Positions 47,702 through 57,628 of a DNA stretch of 64,000 nucleotides are shown in pieces (the first letter of the stretch is position 1; each line of letters begins with the position of its first letter). Under the pieces are notes generated by a model. The model had not been told where the DNA came from. It searched no databases and saw nothing but the letters and a program-made list of their open reading frames with translations. The stretch is from Candidatus Obscuribacterales bacterium (GTDB lineage Bacteria > Cyanobacteriota > Vampirovibrionia > Obscuribacterales > Obscuribacteraceae), in the NCBI GenBank assembly GCA_965228855.1, contig CBDDIJ010000005.1, positions 1,440,001 to 1,504,000 of the forward strand, given 5' to 3'. The position numbers and the translations under genes were made by a program.

Positions 47702-48625
47702 ATGGGATACACAACGGAATTCACAAGACCGGTAACCGAAGAACGTAACGACCAAACAATGGATCTCGACTTGCTGAACACATCAGAGCTTGTCGAGCGC
47801 GTTCAAGCGGAGGACCTCATCGTGGCCCAGAAGGTCAAAGAGGTCGTGCCGGATATCGCGAAAGCAGTAGACATCGTTGTTGAGAAACTGAGAGCAGGCG
47901 GACGACTGATTTATTTCGGAGCGGGCACCTCGGGACGCATCGGGGTACTCGATGCGGCAGAATGCCCTCCTACCTTCGGTGCCACCGGCGAGCAAGTGAT
48001 TGCATACATCGCCGGCGGAAAAGAAGCGATGTTCAACGGATTCGAAGACGCTGAAGACGCGACGGAACTCGGCGCCAAAGATGCAGAAGCAGCAAAGGTC
48101 GGTCCCGGTGATGCCGTAATTGGTATCACAGCATCGGGTCGAACACCGTATGTTGTCGGCGCCTTGAACAAAGCTAAAGAGCTGGGTGCTGCGACAATCA
48201 TGCTCGTAAACAATCCAAATCCGGAACTCGCAGCAACCTGCGATATTTCAATTACAGTAATCGTCGGACCGGAAGCTCTGTCGGGCTGCACCCGCATGAA
48301 GGCAGGCACAGCGCAGAAGATGGTCTTGAACCTGATTTCGACATGCTCAATGGTGCGCCTCGGTAAGGTGTATGAAAACTTGATGGTCGACCTGCAGCCT
48401 ACCAATGAAAAGCTGAGAGAGCGTGCTGTTTCCATCATCTCTCTACTTGGTGGCGTGCCGCGTCATCTGGCAGAAGGCGCTCTGGTGGCATCGCACGAGA
48501 AGGCCAAAACAGCCATTCTAATGGTCAAGCGTAAAGTTGGTCGCGTCCAGGCAGAAGAGCTTCTCGATCGCTCCAAAGGCTCGCTTCGCAACGCTCTCAT
48601 CGCGGACGCCGAAGACAGCCAGTAA
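47702..48625 (+). CDS. murQ: N-acetylmuramic acid 6-phosphate etherase
   Basis: GAGTSGRIGVLDAAECPPTFG, ASGRTPYV, GPE..G.TRMKAGTAQK.VLN; start set to ATG 47702. Confidence 0.95.
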   Translation: MGYTTEFTRPVTEERNDQTMDLDLLNTSELVERVQAEDLIVAQKVKEVVPDIAKAVDIVVEKLRAGGRLIYFGAGTSGRIGVLDAAECPPTFGATGEQVIAYIAGGKEAMFNGFEDAEDATELGAKDAEAAKVGPGDAVIGITASGRTPYVVGALNKAKELGAATIMLVNNPNPELAATCDISITVIVGPEALSGCTRMKAGTAQKMVLNLISTCSMVRLGKVYENLMVDLQPTNEKLRERAVSIISLLGGVPRHLAEGALVASHEKAKTAILMVKRKVGRVQAEELLDRSKGSLRNALIADAEDSQ

Positions 48626-48662
48626 GGAAATTCCCTGAGCGAGTCGGCAAGGCAGTTCGCGA

Positions 48663-49529
48663 GTGAGCGACGACATAAAAATCGGAACTATCCTCGGATC
48701 GAAATTCGAACTCATGTCCGTTTTGGGCAAGGGGAAAAACTGCACTATCTATAAGGGCTACCAGAACTTCTCGAAGAAGACGGTAGCCCTTAAGGTTTTA
48801 AATCTATCAGCGCTCGCCGATATGAATGAACTTCAGCGATTCAAGCATGAGGCGAAAATCGGAGCGGAATTGGCAGCTCACACGGGAATTATAGACATTC
48901 TCGATTTCGGCGCAGCTGCGTCCGCAGGTCAGGTTTACATAGTGATGAACTTGCTCGAAGGCGCGTCGCTCAAAGAAGTACTGGCACAGAAAGGCAGATT
49001 GAATGCGGATCTCGCGTTAGCAGTCTTCAAACAGATTATCGACGCACTTGCATTTGCACACGAAATGAAAATTGTTTATCGCAGTCTTGATCCGAGCGAA
49101 ATCATGCTCACGCCACGGTCCGGGAAGGACGGCGACGGCTACATTGCAACGGTCATCGACTTTGGTTGCGCCATCAAACAAGGCGACAACTTTCAATTCG
49201 CATTACCAGGAAACGAAGTCGGCAAGCCTGGTTACATGAGTCCGGAACAATCCATTGGCGAAGAAGTCGACGCTCGTTCCGACATCTATGCCGTCGGTCG
49301 GATGATGTATGAAACCATCACAGGACAGCTACCAGAGGGTGTCCTGACCTTCGCTTCAGAACTGCAAATTCCGGAGAACGTTCAAACAGCGATTGTTAAA
49401 TCGACCGAACAGGATAAAAATAAACGATTCCAGTCAATGAAAGAATTCGCGCACGCGCTGCAGGGAAGCAGCGGTCAGGGCGACAAAAAGAATGACACCT
49501 GGGGTTGGACAAAGAAATTTTTCAAGTAA
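48663..49529 (+). CDS. Ser/Thr protein kinase-like protein, probably a pseudokinase
   Basis: VALK, DFG, YMSPEQ and SDIY present, but the catalytic loop reads YRSLDPSE instead of HRDLKPxN. Confidence 0.8.
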   Translation: MSDDIKIGTILGSKFELMSVLGKGKNCTIYKGYQNFSKKTVALKVLNLSALADMNELQRFKHEAKIGAELAAHTGIIDILDFGAAASAGQVYIVMNLLEGASLKEVLAQKGRLNADLALAVFKQIIDALAFAHEMKIVYRSLDPSEIMLTPRSGKDGDGYIATVIDFGCAIKQGDNFQFALPGNEVGKPGYMSPEQSIGEEVDARSDIYAVGRMMYETITGQLPEGVLTFASELQIPENVQTAIVKSTEQDKNKRFQSMKEFAHALQGSSGQGDKKNDTWGWTKKFFK

Positions 49530-49593
49530 ACCCCGCCACTACCCGCGGTGACCGAGTTTATAGCAAACGCCGCTCTAAATGCGGTGACAAACC

Positions 49594-49833
49594 TCACAGC
49601 AAGCGCCGCCGACAGTCCGCGCAGAAGACCTTCAAATTGTTCTGCCGAAAGAACTTCACTTCGTTCCAAGTTCTGGAATAAGCAACATATTGCTTGTCGT
49701 CACTCAGCCCTCTGTAAGCAATGTGAACTTGCCCTGCGCAACAAGTCTCATCCGCCTCGGCTTCTGGAACGGGCGGCAGCGCAGGTTTCTTACCCGAAAG
49801 TTTGTCAACCAGTTGCCGAAATTTCTCCAGCAT
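49594..49833 (-). CDS. Small hypothetical Cys-containing protein
   Basis: AAGGTG upstream; CC..H and C-terminal CADCRRR. Confidence 0.55.
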   Translation of the reverse strand: MLEKFRQLVDKLSGKKPALPPVPEAEADETCCAGQVHIAYRGLSDDKQYVAYSRTWNEVKFFRQNNLKVFCADCRRRLL

Positions 49834-50117
49834 TCACCTTACCGCCGATACCACTCAAAGCGTAACACACGCACTTTAGCACTAAAGCCAGTTGCCAACG
49901 AAACGCGACAAAAAGGGCTAAATCGAACCTTTGGCGAACCGCGCTAGCTATTGCGGATTAGAACCGAAAAGCTGACCATACGGCGATGGGAGTCTCCCCA
50001 TTGTTTGAAGCTGCCCGAGATCATAAAGTTGTCATATAGACCTAGAGGTGTCGTTCGTCACCTCACCTGCCAAATCATACGTAACTAGCTCATAGCCGTT
50101 TCAGCTGGTTGTTTTTA

Positions 50118-52373
50118 ATGACAGAATCCCTCGCCGCCGGCGACCAACATTTCGAATCAAGTATGCCTGTCGACAAACAGGCCGCGCTTAAGGACAACGT
50201 GTGGCTCAGACACGCGATGACCGAGGTTAATCTTACTAGAGCCCAGAAATTTGACAGGGACAACTCCGCCAGCGCCACCGACTTGTTGCTGGAGGCCGGT
50301 CACAGCCTCGTCTATCAAGGCGGGCAAGCTTGGGTCACCAGCCTTGCGCAGCTCGTCGACGACGCGACCGGGAGCGGGACGAAATACGCTGACATGGTTT
50401 CGATTGTGCAGCGACCACAGGAAGCGGAGTACCAATCGAGCCGTTGGTACGCGCAGCAAGTCGGTGCCGGCATCGGCTTCGCCGCGCCCTTTGCACTGGC
50501 GCACGGTGCGCTCAAGTCATCAGGTCTTTCGCTTGCAGCAAGAACGGAACAAACAATCGCATCCACCGGGAGATTATTCTCCTCGGCAAACGGTATCCGT
50601 CTCGCCGATGGAGCAATCACCGGATTCGTCGCAGATTTCGCCCTGCGACCGCTGGACGAGCACGAAGAAAATCACCTGATCGCGCGCACCAAAAATGGTA
50701 TCACCGGTGCCGCTGTACTGTCGACAATGACAGCAGGGTCTCTGGGATTGAGAACGGCGAGTCGCTCATTTGCAGCGGCTCTTGCAGGCGAAGGCGTAAC
50801 CAAACAAACCGGTCGCATGATTTACGACGGAAGCATAGGCGCGTTGTCTGGTATTCCCGGTGGTGCGGCAAGCGCTCATACTCATTCGCTTATAAACGAA
50901 GGACGACTGGCTTCCAGTGAGGAAGTTTCTCAGTCCATCTATGCAACCGCCTGGACCGGTGGAGTTCTCAGCGCCGGTCATGTAATCGGAAGAGATCCCA
51001 AAGTTCTCACACCCGCGGCACCGAAAGAGTTCGAACTGCGGGGCTTGAACAAGTATCGATTCAACAAACGCGAAACTGTTTTGGAAAAAACACTTGGCGC
51101 CATCGGTGATGCCCATGCGAACACAAAGTACGCAGTTCGCGATGGAGTCGAGTCGGCAAGAGGAACGACCTATTCGTTTCTAAACAAGTACGATTTGCGA
51201 CATCCCGTCCAACGGGCTCGCGAATTCCTCCGCACACCGGAGGTCGAGCAACCACGCGCCCCTCTCACGAAGGAGAACAATCCGGTAGAAGCCTTTGAAC
51301 GCGAGTTACCCAGGTACATCAAAGATATCGAAGCGAAAGAAATAGAGATGGAGAGCACGAAGGACCGCGGCGAATCCTATGAGCGCTTCAAAGAGATGCG
51401 AGACATTCGCACAAATTTCGCAGCCAGAATGCTCGACATGTGGAACGGAACCGAAACATCTCCAGGCATCCGCCAGCTCACCGATGCACAGCTAGCGACG
51501 ACGGACGTTCCCGTGCAACGCGTGGCTGAGATTCGAGCAGCATTCACTAAACCGGCTCGCGCAGAGAGTTATAGCAGCACAAGCCCACTCACAGAAGCAT
51601 TGTTGAAACTGTACGGCAAAGAAACCGACGTCGACTATCAACATCTTGATGTTCTAGGAGAAATCGAGTATGCCAAGCAAAAGCACTATGGATTCTCGGT
51701 AGATGAGATGGTCAAACGAATGCAAATGCCCCGAAATCACTCGATCAAAGATCATGAAGGTGACACGCCTGTAGATTGGATGCCTAACAAGAGAACTGCA
51801 GACAATGCAGACTTCTATCATGGAACCGTGTCCGGCAGCCTATCTTCGATCATGGTGGAGAGAACGCTTCTGCCTCCAGGCGAGTTACGCTTGCGCGGCA
51901 TCAAACAAACGACCGGCGAAAGCGCTAATGAAAGCCTGCACAGGAAGAACGTTTCCATAACTCGCGATTTCAACGAAGCATACGCCTATCATCGCCACAG
52001 TCCGGCGAGCCTCACGGATTTCCCTGTCATATACGGCATCTCCCGCGATGTCGCCCCGCGTTCGCGCCTGGCTGGAATGCTAGAACGAGGAGAACTTCTT
52101 GTTCCAAAGCTGGGGCTCGGCGAGAATACCGCAGTCAAACTCGGTTTAAAAACTCAAGACATCACTCACATGTTCGTTCCCGATACGGAAGTACCGACGG
52201 TGCAGCGGATGCTGCGCAATCACGCCATCGGCGGCATCGATGTCGTCGGTTTCGGCAACATGAAAAAGCCTGAGTGGATTCCAGAGGCCGCTCCGGTGTA
52301 CGACGAACACGGCTTTCGGGTAATCGACCAAACAGCGGATAAACTTGGTCAAACACCGGCGCACGCATTCTAA
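50118..52373 (+). CDS. Large hypothetical protein with a Gly/Ala-rich helical N-terminus and an ADP-ribosyltransferase-like C-terminus
   Basis: FYHGTVSGSLSSIM..LLPP..VSIT..EAYAY..GE near the C-terminus. Confidence 0.55.
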   Translation: MTESLAAGDQHFESSMPVDKQAALKDNVWLRHAMTEVNLTRAQKFDRDNSASATDLLLEAGHSLVYQGGQAWVTSLAQLVDDATGSGTKYADMVSIVQRPQEAEYQSSRWYAQQVGAGIGFAAPFALAHGALKSSGLSLAARTEQTIASTGRLFSSANGIRLADGAITGFVADFALRPLDEHEENHLIARTKNGITGAAVLSTMTAGSLGLRTASRSFAAALAGEGVTKQTGRMIYDGSIGALSGIPGGAASAHTHSLINEGRLASSEEVSQSIYATAWTGGVLSAGHVIGRDPKVLTPAAPKEFELRGLNKYRFNKRETVLEKTLGAIGDAHANTKYAVRDGVESARGTTYSFLNKYDLRHPVQRAREFLRTPEVEQPRAPLTKENNPVEAFERELPRYIKDIEAKEIEMESTKDRGESYERFKEMRDIRTNFAARMLDMWNGTETSPGIRQLTDAQLATTDVPVQRVAEIRAAFTKPARAESYSSTSPLTEALLKLYGKETDVDYQHLDVLGEIEYAKQKHYGFSVDEMVKRMQMPRNHSIKDHEGDTPVDWMPNKRTADNADFYHGTVSGSLSSIMVERTLLPPGELRLRGIKQTTGESANESLHRKNVSITRDFNEAYAYHRHSPASLTDFPVIYGISRDVAPRSRLAGMLERGELLVPKLGLGENTAVKLGLKTQDITHMFVPDTEVPTVQRMLRNHAIGGIDVVGFGNMKKPEWIPEAAPVYDEHGFRVIDQTADKLGQTPAHAF

Positions 52374-52517
52374 GAAGGTCAGTATAGTCATGTGGGCTTT
52401 TCGAGCTTAGCTCTTACAGGCAACAGTGCTTCTTTACCGCGCTATTTAGTGAAAGAACTGTAAAACGAGATGCGCCATGCCGAATCAACCAGGCGCGGGT
52501 CTCAGGAGGTGGATAGC

Positions 52518-53276
52518 ATGACCACATTTGTAACCCCGAACTCGCACGACCTGGTTATTGCCAGCTCGCCATTAACATCGCCTGACTTGCTACGCGATTA
52601 TGGAGATTCGGAAGACGCTTCCCTTCGCCGGAAAGTCGCTGCCAATGTAGCCGTGCCGCATGACGTTTGCGTGAAACTAGCAAGCGACAAAAGCGTTACC
52701 GTGCGCTGCGAACTGGCTCGCAATCCAAGAGTTCCATACATTGTCTTAAAAGCGATGGCGAGTGACGAGAATTCAGCGGTTCGTTTCGCAGTCGCGGAAT
52801 GCGCATACACCCCAATTCCTTTGCTTCACCGCCTTGAAGTAGATCCTAATTCCAAAGTCCAGGCGCGAGCACGCAAGACACTGATGAACGTCACGAAGTG
52901 GCATGAAGACGAAAGCTCGTACGAAGATTTCGGTCCGGGTTCTCTTCAAGACGCAGAACTATCCCCTAGAGCAAAGTACGAAGAAAGCGCGGAACTAGTG
53001 CTTCACGACGTGCGCACCGAATTCTCGATCTTGAAAGAGCAATTGGAGAGAAGCGCAGCTGAAGCCAAAGAAAACTTGATGAACTCAGACCTATGGGAAG
53101 GCGTCCAGGCGAAGATTGGCAAGCTTGATGATGATCTCAGGAAGCTGAAAGCGTCTTCAGACGATACCTGGGGTGGTGTCAAAGACCACGTAGACAACGC
53201 CCGCACTGAATTGATCGCAGGTTGGAAACATCTGCAAGAATCACTTGAGAAAGCAGCATCTCGATTCAAAAGCTAG
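52518..53276 (+). CDS. LRV/HEAT-like repeat protein with a C-terminal coiled coil
   Basis: Repeated LASD...VR..LA.NP units; GGAGG RBS before ATG 52518. Confidence 0.7.
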   Translation: MTTFVTPNSHDLVIASSPLTSPDLLRDYGDSEDASLRRKVAANVAVPHDVCVKLASDKSVTVRCELARNPRVPYIVLKAMASDENSAVRFAVAECAYTPIPLLHRLEVDPNSKVQARARKTLMNVTKWHEDESSYEDFGPGSLQDAELSPRAKYEESAELVLHDVRTEFSILKEQLERSAAEAKENLMNSDLWEGVQAKIGKLDDDLRKLKASSDDTWGGVKDHVDNARTELIAGWKHLQESLEKAASRFKS

Positions 53277-53285
53277 CCAAGAAAA

Positions 53286-54815
53286 CTACGCGCTAGTCCT
53301 CTCGGTCGGAAAACGGCTTGCCGGAAGCGTTACCTTAAACGTCGATCCACGACCGACCGTCGATTCAACGTCAATCTTTCCGTAGTGCCTGGCAATAATT
53401 TCGTTCGTGATCGCCAGTCCAAGCCCGGAGCCACCGGCTTCCCGATTTCTCGATTTCTCGCCGCGATAGAACCGTTCAAAAATATGTGGCAGGTCATCCG
53501 CTGCGATTCCAGCACCAGTGTCCTGAATGATGACCTGAACACGCGAGTGATCAGACTCTTCCACCGTCATCGTCACTCGCCCACCAGACGGTGTGTAATT
53601 CACAGCGTTGCCGAGAAGATTGATGAATGCCCGCTGCAGCTGCTCTGAATTGCCTTTCAAGCGGAAACTATTTTGTGCAGTCGATTCCAACCACTCAGGC
53701 ACCACAAGCTCGATGTCCTTGTTTTGAGCCTGCGGTCGCACCTGATCGACAGCCTCGGCAAGAATATGGTCGAGCATTACTTCGTGCTGCCAATCGGTCA
53801 TGTCCATCGTCGACGAATCAAGTTTTGAAATATCCAGAAGATCTCTGATCAACAAAGTCTGGCGCTCCACCAGCTTTTCCAGAGACTTGAGAAACTTTGC
53901 TCTCAGTTCAGGATCTTCAGATGCGCCAGCGAGCATAGCGTCCACTACAGAGCCTATTGCCATCGTAGGTGTTTTCAACTCATGACTGGCGTTGGCGATA
54001 AACTCCTGCCGGAGCCGCTCTTGCTCACGCAGACGACCAATCATCTGGTTGAATGACAAACTCAATTCGCCGATCTCGTCCGATCTGTGAACGGGCAAGA
54101 AACTCGACAGATCGCCGGAAATCGAGATATTTTTCGCAAGCTTACTAATTTCCTTCACGGGACTATTAACTCTTGCTGCAAGCCAGAGACTGATGAGAAC
54201 CGTGATTACACCTGTCAGAAAGATCATCCCAAGGAACACAATCAGGTTGTACCGAAGACGTGTCTCAACTTCATTAGTCTGGACACCTACCCTGACTACC
54301 CCCGCAGTCATACCAGCAGATCTGATTGGAGAGGCGACGTAAAGCCAGTTCGTATTCGTCGAGCGAACATTTCTTCTGACGATCGCTGTGATGCCGGCGA
54401 GCGCGTCGTTGATTTCGGAATCGGAGGAGATGTTCTCTCCAGCGGGCGTTCCCTGCGACGAGCCAATCCCGTCCTCGTCAGGTCCGGAGTCAGCGAGAAC
54501 ATGTCCATCCTTATCTACAAGGGTAATTGCGAAACCATTTTTAGTGGCACGACGATCGACAGCTTCCTGAATGCGTTGACGCGAAGCCTTGGAATCAAGC
54601 GTCAGATCGCTGTCTATTTCAAGCGCGAGATTATTCCCCTCAACCTGAAGTTGGCGTTGCAACTCCGTTGTAGATTCAGCCTTGATTGTCAGTAGAGCCC
54701 AGAGACTTACGGCAAGAAGCGCAATAGTAATGATGAGCAAATACGTAAACAGAAGTTGGTTCGCCAGCGAGCTGAATAACCAACCTAAAACTCTGTTCTT
54801 TACTAGCGTTTTCAT
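53286..54815 (-). CDS. HAMP sensor histidine kinase (PhoR/WalK-like)
   Basis: Two TM segments, DEIGEL HAMP, ASHELKTP, NLLGNAVNY, GGSGLGL; start set to ATG 54815. Confidence 0.9.
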   Translation of the reverse strand: MKTLVKNRVLGWLFSSLANQLLFTYLLIITIALLAVSLWALLTIKAESTTELQRQLQVEGNNLALEIDSDLTLDSKASRQRIQEAVDRRATKNGFAITLVDKDGHVLADSGPDEDGIGSSQGTPAGENISSDSEINDALAGITAIVRRNVRSTNTNWLYVASPIRSAGMTAGVVRVGVQTNEVETRLRYNLIVFLGMIFLTGVITVLISLWLAARVNSPVKEISKLAKNISISGDLSSFLPVHRSDEIGELSLSFNQMIGRLREQERLRQEFIANASHELKTPTMAIGSVVDAMLAGASEDPELRAKFLKSLEKLVERQTLLIRDLLDISKLDSSTMDMTDWQHEVMLDHILAEAVDQVRPQAQNKDIELVVPEWLESTAQNSFRLKGNSEQLQRAFINLLGNAVNYTPSGGRVTMTVEESDHSRVQVIIQDTGAGIAADDLPHIFERFYRGEKSRNREAGGSGLGLAITNEIIARHYGKIDVESTVGRGSTFKVTLPASRFPTERTSA

Positions 54816-55135
54816 GCAGAATCGGTTTATGCCAGACGTTATTAGCGTGTGGAAACAAGTATCTTTTAGGAAACCAGTTTCTAAACGGAAACCGTTAACT
54901 ACTCCATCGTAACGTGAATTCACGCCGATTTATTTTTCTCACCAGATTTTTACGCTAGCCTGACATCGCCCACGTGACGGAGAATAGAGAGAGCTCGATA
55001 TTGTTTATCAGTCTTATGCACGAGAAAAACGATCCAGACGCTTAAGACAAAACGAGCTTTCTGTGGGAAACTGATGTTTTGTAACTATAATTCCGAAAAG
55101 GAAGGATAGTAGTAAGTTCTGGAGGTCTATACCGA

Positions 55136-55462
55136 ATGTCTACGGTGGCAAATGTAACCGATGCAACCTTCGAACAGGAAGTTCTGAAGGCTGATATCCC
55201 GGTTCTGGTAGACTTCTGGGCCCCTTGGTGTGGTCCTTGTAAGGCGGTAGCGCCTGTTGTAGAGGATTTGTCCAAGGATTTCGCAGGAAAGATCAAGGTA
55301 GTCAAATTGAATACCGATGAGAATCCTAAGACGGCTCAGGCGTATCACATAAGAGGCATTCCAAGCCTTTACCTGTTCAAATCCGGACAGGTTGTCGAAC
55401 AAGTGGTTGGAGCGGTTCCGAAGTCGACACTGGCTTCGGCGATCAACAAGCACGTAGGTTAA
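55136..55462 (+). CDS. trxA: Thioredoxin
   Basis: [21 protein letters not shown]. Confidence 0.95.
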   Translation: MSTVANVTDATFEQEVLKADIPVLVDFWAPWCGPCKAVAPVVEDLSKDFAGKIKVVKLNTDENPKTAQAYHIRGIPSLYLFKSGQVVEQVVGAVPKSTLASAINKHVG

Positions 55463-55534
55463 GACGAAGGCTCCCTGAATCAATTCGAATCCGCGTATCG
55501 ACGCGGGTCTGTTTTGACTTGATTGAGAAAAAAG

Positions 55535-56038
55535 ATGCCGCGCATAATCACGCAAACACTCACGGCACTGGCGACTCTCGTAGTCGCCAGCGCTTCTGTA
55601 CCCGCGGACTTCTTGGGAACCGCAATCGCAGCGGAAACCGACGGCAAGCTCATAGCCGCGAAGTCTAAGAAGAAGAACAAGTCCGACGGAGATGCATCCA
55701 AAGGCGGTTCGAACCCAGGTGGCGTGCTGGACGTCACCGACAAGACCTTCTCAAAGGAAGTCTTGAAATCCAGCAAACCAGTTCTCGTAGACTTCTGGGC
55801 TCCCTGGTGCGGTCCCTGCCGCATTCAAGGTCCCATAGTCGAAGAGACGGCTGCAGAGCTCGGTGGGAAGATGAAGTTCGTCAAACTCGACACCCAAACC
55901 AACCCCGAGGTCGCGTCGAAGTACGGTATCACCGGCATTCCCGCCATTTATGTGTTCAAGAAGGGAAGAGTCGTTGAACAGGTTGTCGGTCTGAGACCAA
56001 AAGAACAACTTTTGGAGCTCGTGAAAAAGCACATCTAG
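55535..56038 (+). CDS. Thioredoxin with an N-terminal signal peptide
   Basis: Hydrophobic leader, Lys-rich linker, WAPWCGPC. Confidence 0.9.
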   Translation: MPRIITQTLTALATLVVASASVPADFLGTAIAAETDGKLIAAKSKKKNKSDGDASKGGSNPGGVLDVTDKTFSKEVLKSSKPVLVDFWAPWCGPCRIQGPIVEETAAELGGKMKFVKLDTQTNPEVASKYGITGIPAIYVFKKGRVVEQVVGLRPKEQLLELVKKHI

Positions 56039-56092
56039 ATTGACGCTCGCAAGAGCAATTCACAAACATACTACACAAGGGGAACGAAGGTT

Positions 56093-56617
56093 ATGAACTC
56101 AAACAAGGTTTCGGCAGCAACGTTGCTGGCTTGTTCACTCCTGGTCACAGGATTTCTCGCTCCTGATGCCGCGCTCGCAAAGAAGAAAGCGAAACGCGCA
56201 GTTAGCCAAGGCAACGATATCGTTGAAACAGCTAAGAAAGACGGTTCATTCAAGAACTTGAGCGAAGGTCTTTCGTCCACCGGCCTGTCGAAAACCTTGA
56301 AGTCCAAAGGACCTTTCACTGTTTTCGCTCCTAACGATGAAGCATTCGGCAAGCTTCCCAAAGACAAGAGAGAAGCACTTCTCAAAGATCCTAACGTTCT
56401 CAAATACCACGTAGTCAAAGGTATCGTTCCTGCCGACGCGCTCAAAGAAAAGCGCTCAGTAGCCACGGTTCAAGGCGAGTCGTTGATGGTTGACACCAAA
56501 AACGACGGCGAAGTCATCGTCGTTGACGGCGCTATCGTCACGAAGCCCGACATCAAATGCAGCAATGGGGTTATCCACGTAGTTGACTTCGTGCTTGTAC
56601 CAGAGCGCGGTAAGTAA
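56093..56617 (+). CDS. Fasciclin (FAS1) domain protein, secreted
   Basis: GPFTVFAPNDEAF, LKYHVV, NGVIHVVD.VL. Confidence 0.92.
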   Translation: MNSNKVSAATLLACSLLVTGFLAPDAALAKKKAKRAVSQGNDIVETAKKDGSFKNLSEGLSSTGLSKTLKSKGPFTVFAPNDEAFGKLPKDKREALLKDPNVLKYHVVKGIVPADALKEKRSVATVQGESLMVDTKNDGEVIVVDGAIVTKPDIKCSNGVIHVVDFVLVPERGK

Positions 56618-56700
56618 ATAGAAGCGTGCACGGAAACACTGCATATGGGAATATTAAGGTAGGTCGCAAGACCTACCTTTGTTTTTATTGAGGGAAGTCC

Positions 56701-57240
56701 ATGAAAGAAATGTTCGTTGCCTTCATCATCGCGTTGGTGGCAGGTAGCGTTTGGAATGGCATGAGAGGCGACCAAAACCTCGGAGCTCTTGGTGACACCA
56801 TGAGCGGTGCCGCTGGCGGCATCGCTGGAGGAGGAGCGCCTGCAGCGTCCCCAAATTTAGAACCGAGCCCGCAATCGCTGGCTGGCCAACAGATAATTGC
56901 GGACGTGGATGAAGGCAGTTTTCAGGGAATTGTATTGGATTCAAACGAACCTGTGCTCGTGGAGTTCTACACAGACAATTGCCCGCACTGCAAAAAGATG
57001 GCGCCCGTGCTTGGTCAGCTTGCCTACAATGGTCAAGGTGTAGTGACTCTTTGCAAAATCAACGCAGCCAAGGCGACCTCAATAGCTGAAAGATACAATG
57101 TTTTGGGAGTACCAGCTTTCGCACTTTTCGTAGATGGTCACTTGATTGATTCGACTTCAGGTGCACGAACATTTGAAGATCTTCGAAGTTGGCTCAGCAT
57201 CAATAACGTATCGGTCCCGGCCGTTGCTCCACAATCATAA
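56701..57240 (+). CDS. Membrane-anchored/exported thioredoxin-family protein (CPHC)
   Basis: N-terminal hydrophobic segment, VEFYTDNCPHC, GVPAF. Confidence 0.85.
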   Translation: MKEMFVAFIIALVAGSVWNGMRGDQNLGALGDTMSGAAGGIAGGGAPAASPNLEPSPQSLAGQQIIADVDEGSFQGIVLDSNEPVLVEFYTDNCPHCKKMAPVLGQLAYNGQGVVTLCKINAAKATSIAERYNVLGVPAFALFVDGHLIDSTSGARTFEDLRSWLSINNVSVPAVAPQS

Positions 57241-57343
57241 CGTCAAAGAAAAGTTCGAGATGACGGACAGAAGCGTCAAACGGAGTTACGATTAAGGGAA
57301 ACAGATAGGTCTACCGTCATAGAGACGCAGGAGCAGATAATCA

Positions 57344-57598
57344 ATGAGACGGGCGTTTATATTTGCATTCCTATTTGCCCTTGTGGTGTCGTGCGCGTTC
57401 GGACAGACGGCCCATTATAGTTACGGCGTACGCGTTTCTGATGTCATCAACAATCCAAACTACCCAGGGAAGATCGAAGAATGGCAAATTGGCGAAATCG
57501 ATATCAAGGATCAGAATGCACCGAATAGATTGATTACGGGAGTAGCGGAAAACGGCGACAGGGCACGCACACCATTTCCTTTCCGTATGAATAATTAG
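57344..57598 (+). CDS. Small secreted hypothetical protein
   Basis: AGGAG RBS, signal peptide. Confidence 0.6.
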   Translation: MRRAFIFAFLFALVVSCAFGQTAHYSYGVRVSDVINNPNYPGKIEEWQIGEIDIKDQNAPNRLITGVAENGDRARTPFPFRMNN

Positions 57599-57628
57599 AG
57601 ACCCAGTCAGCAACAAGGAAAAACGCAA

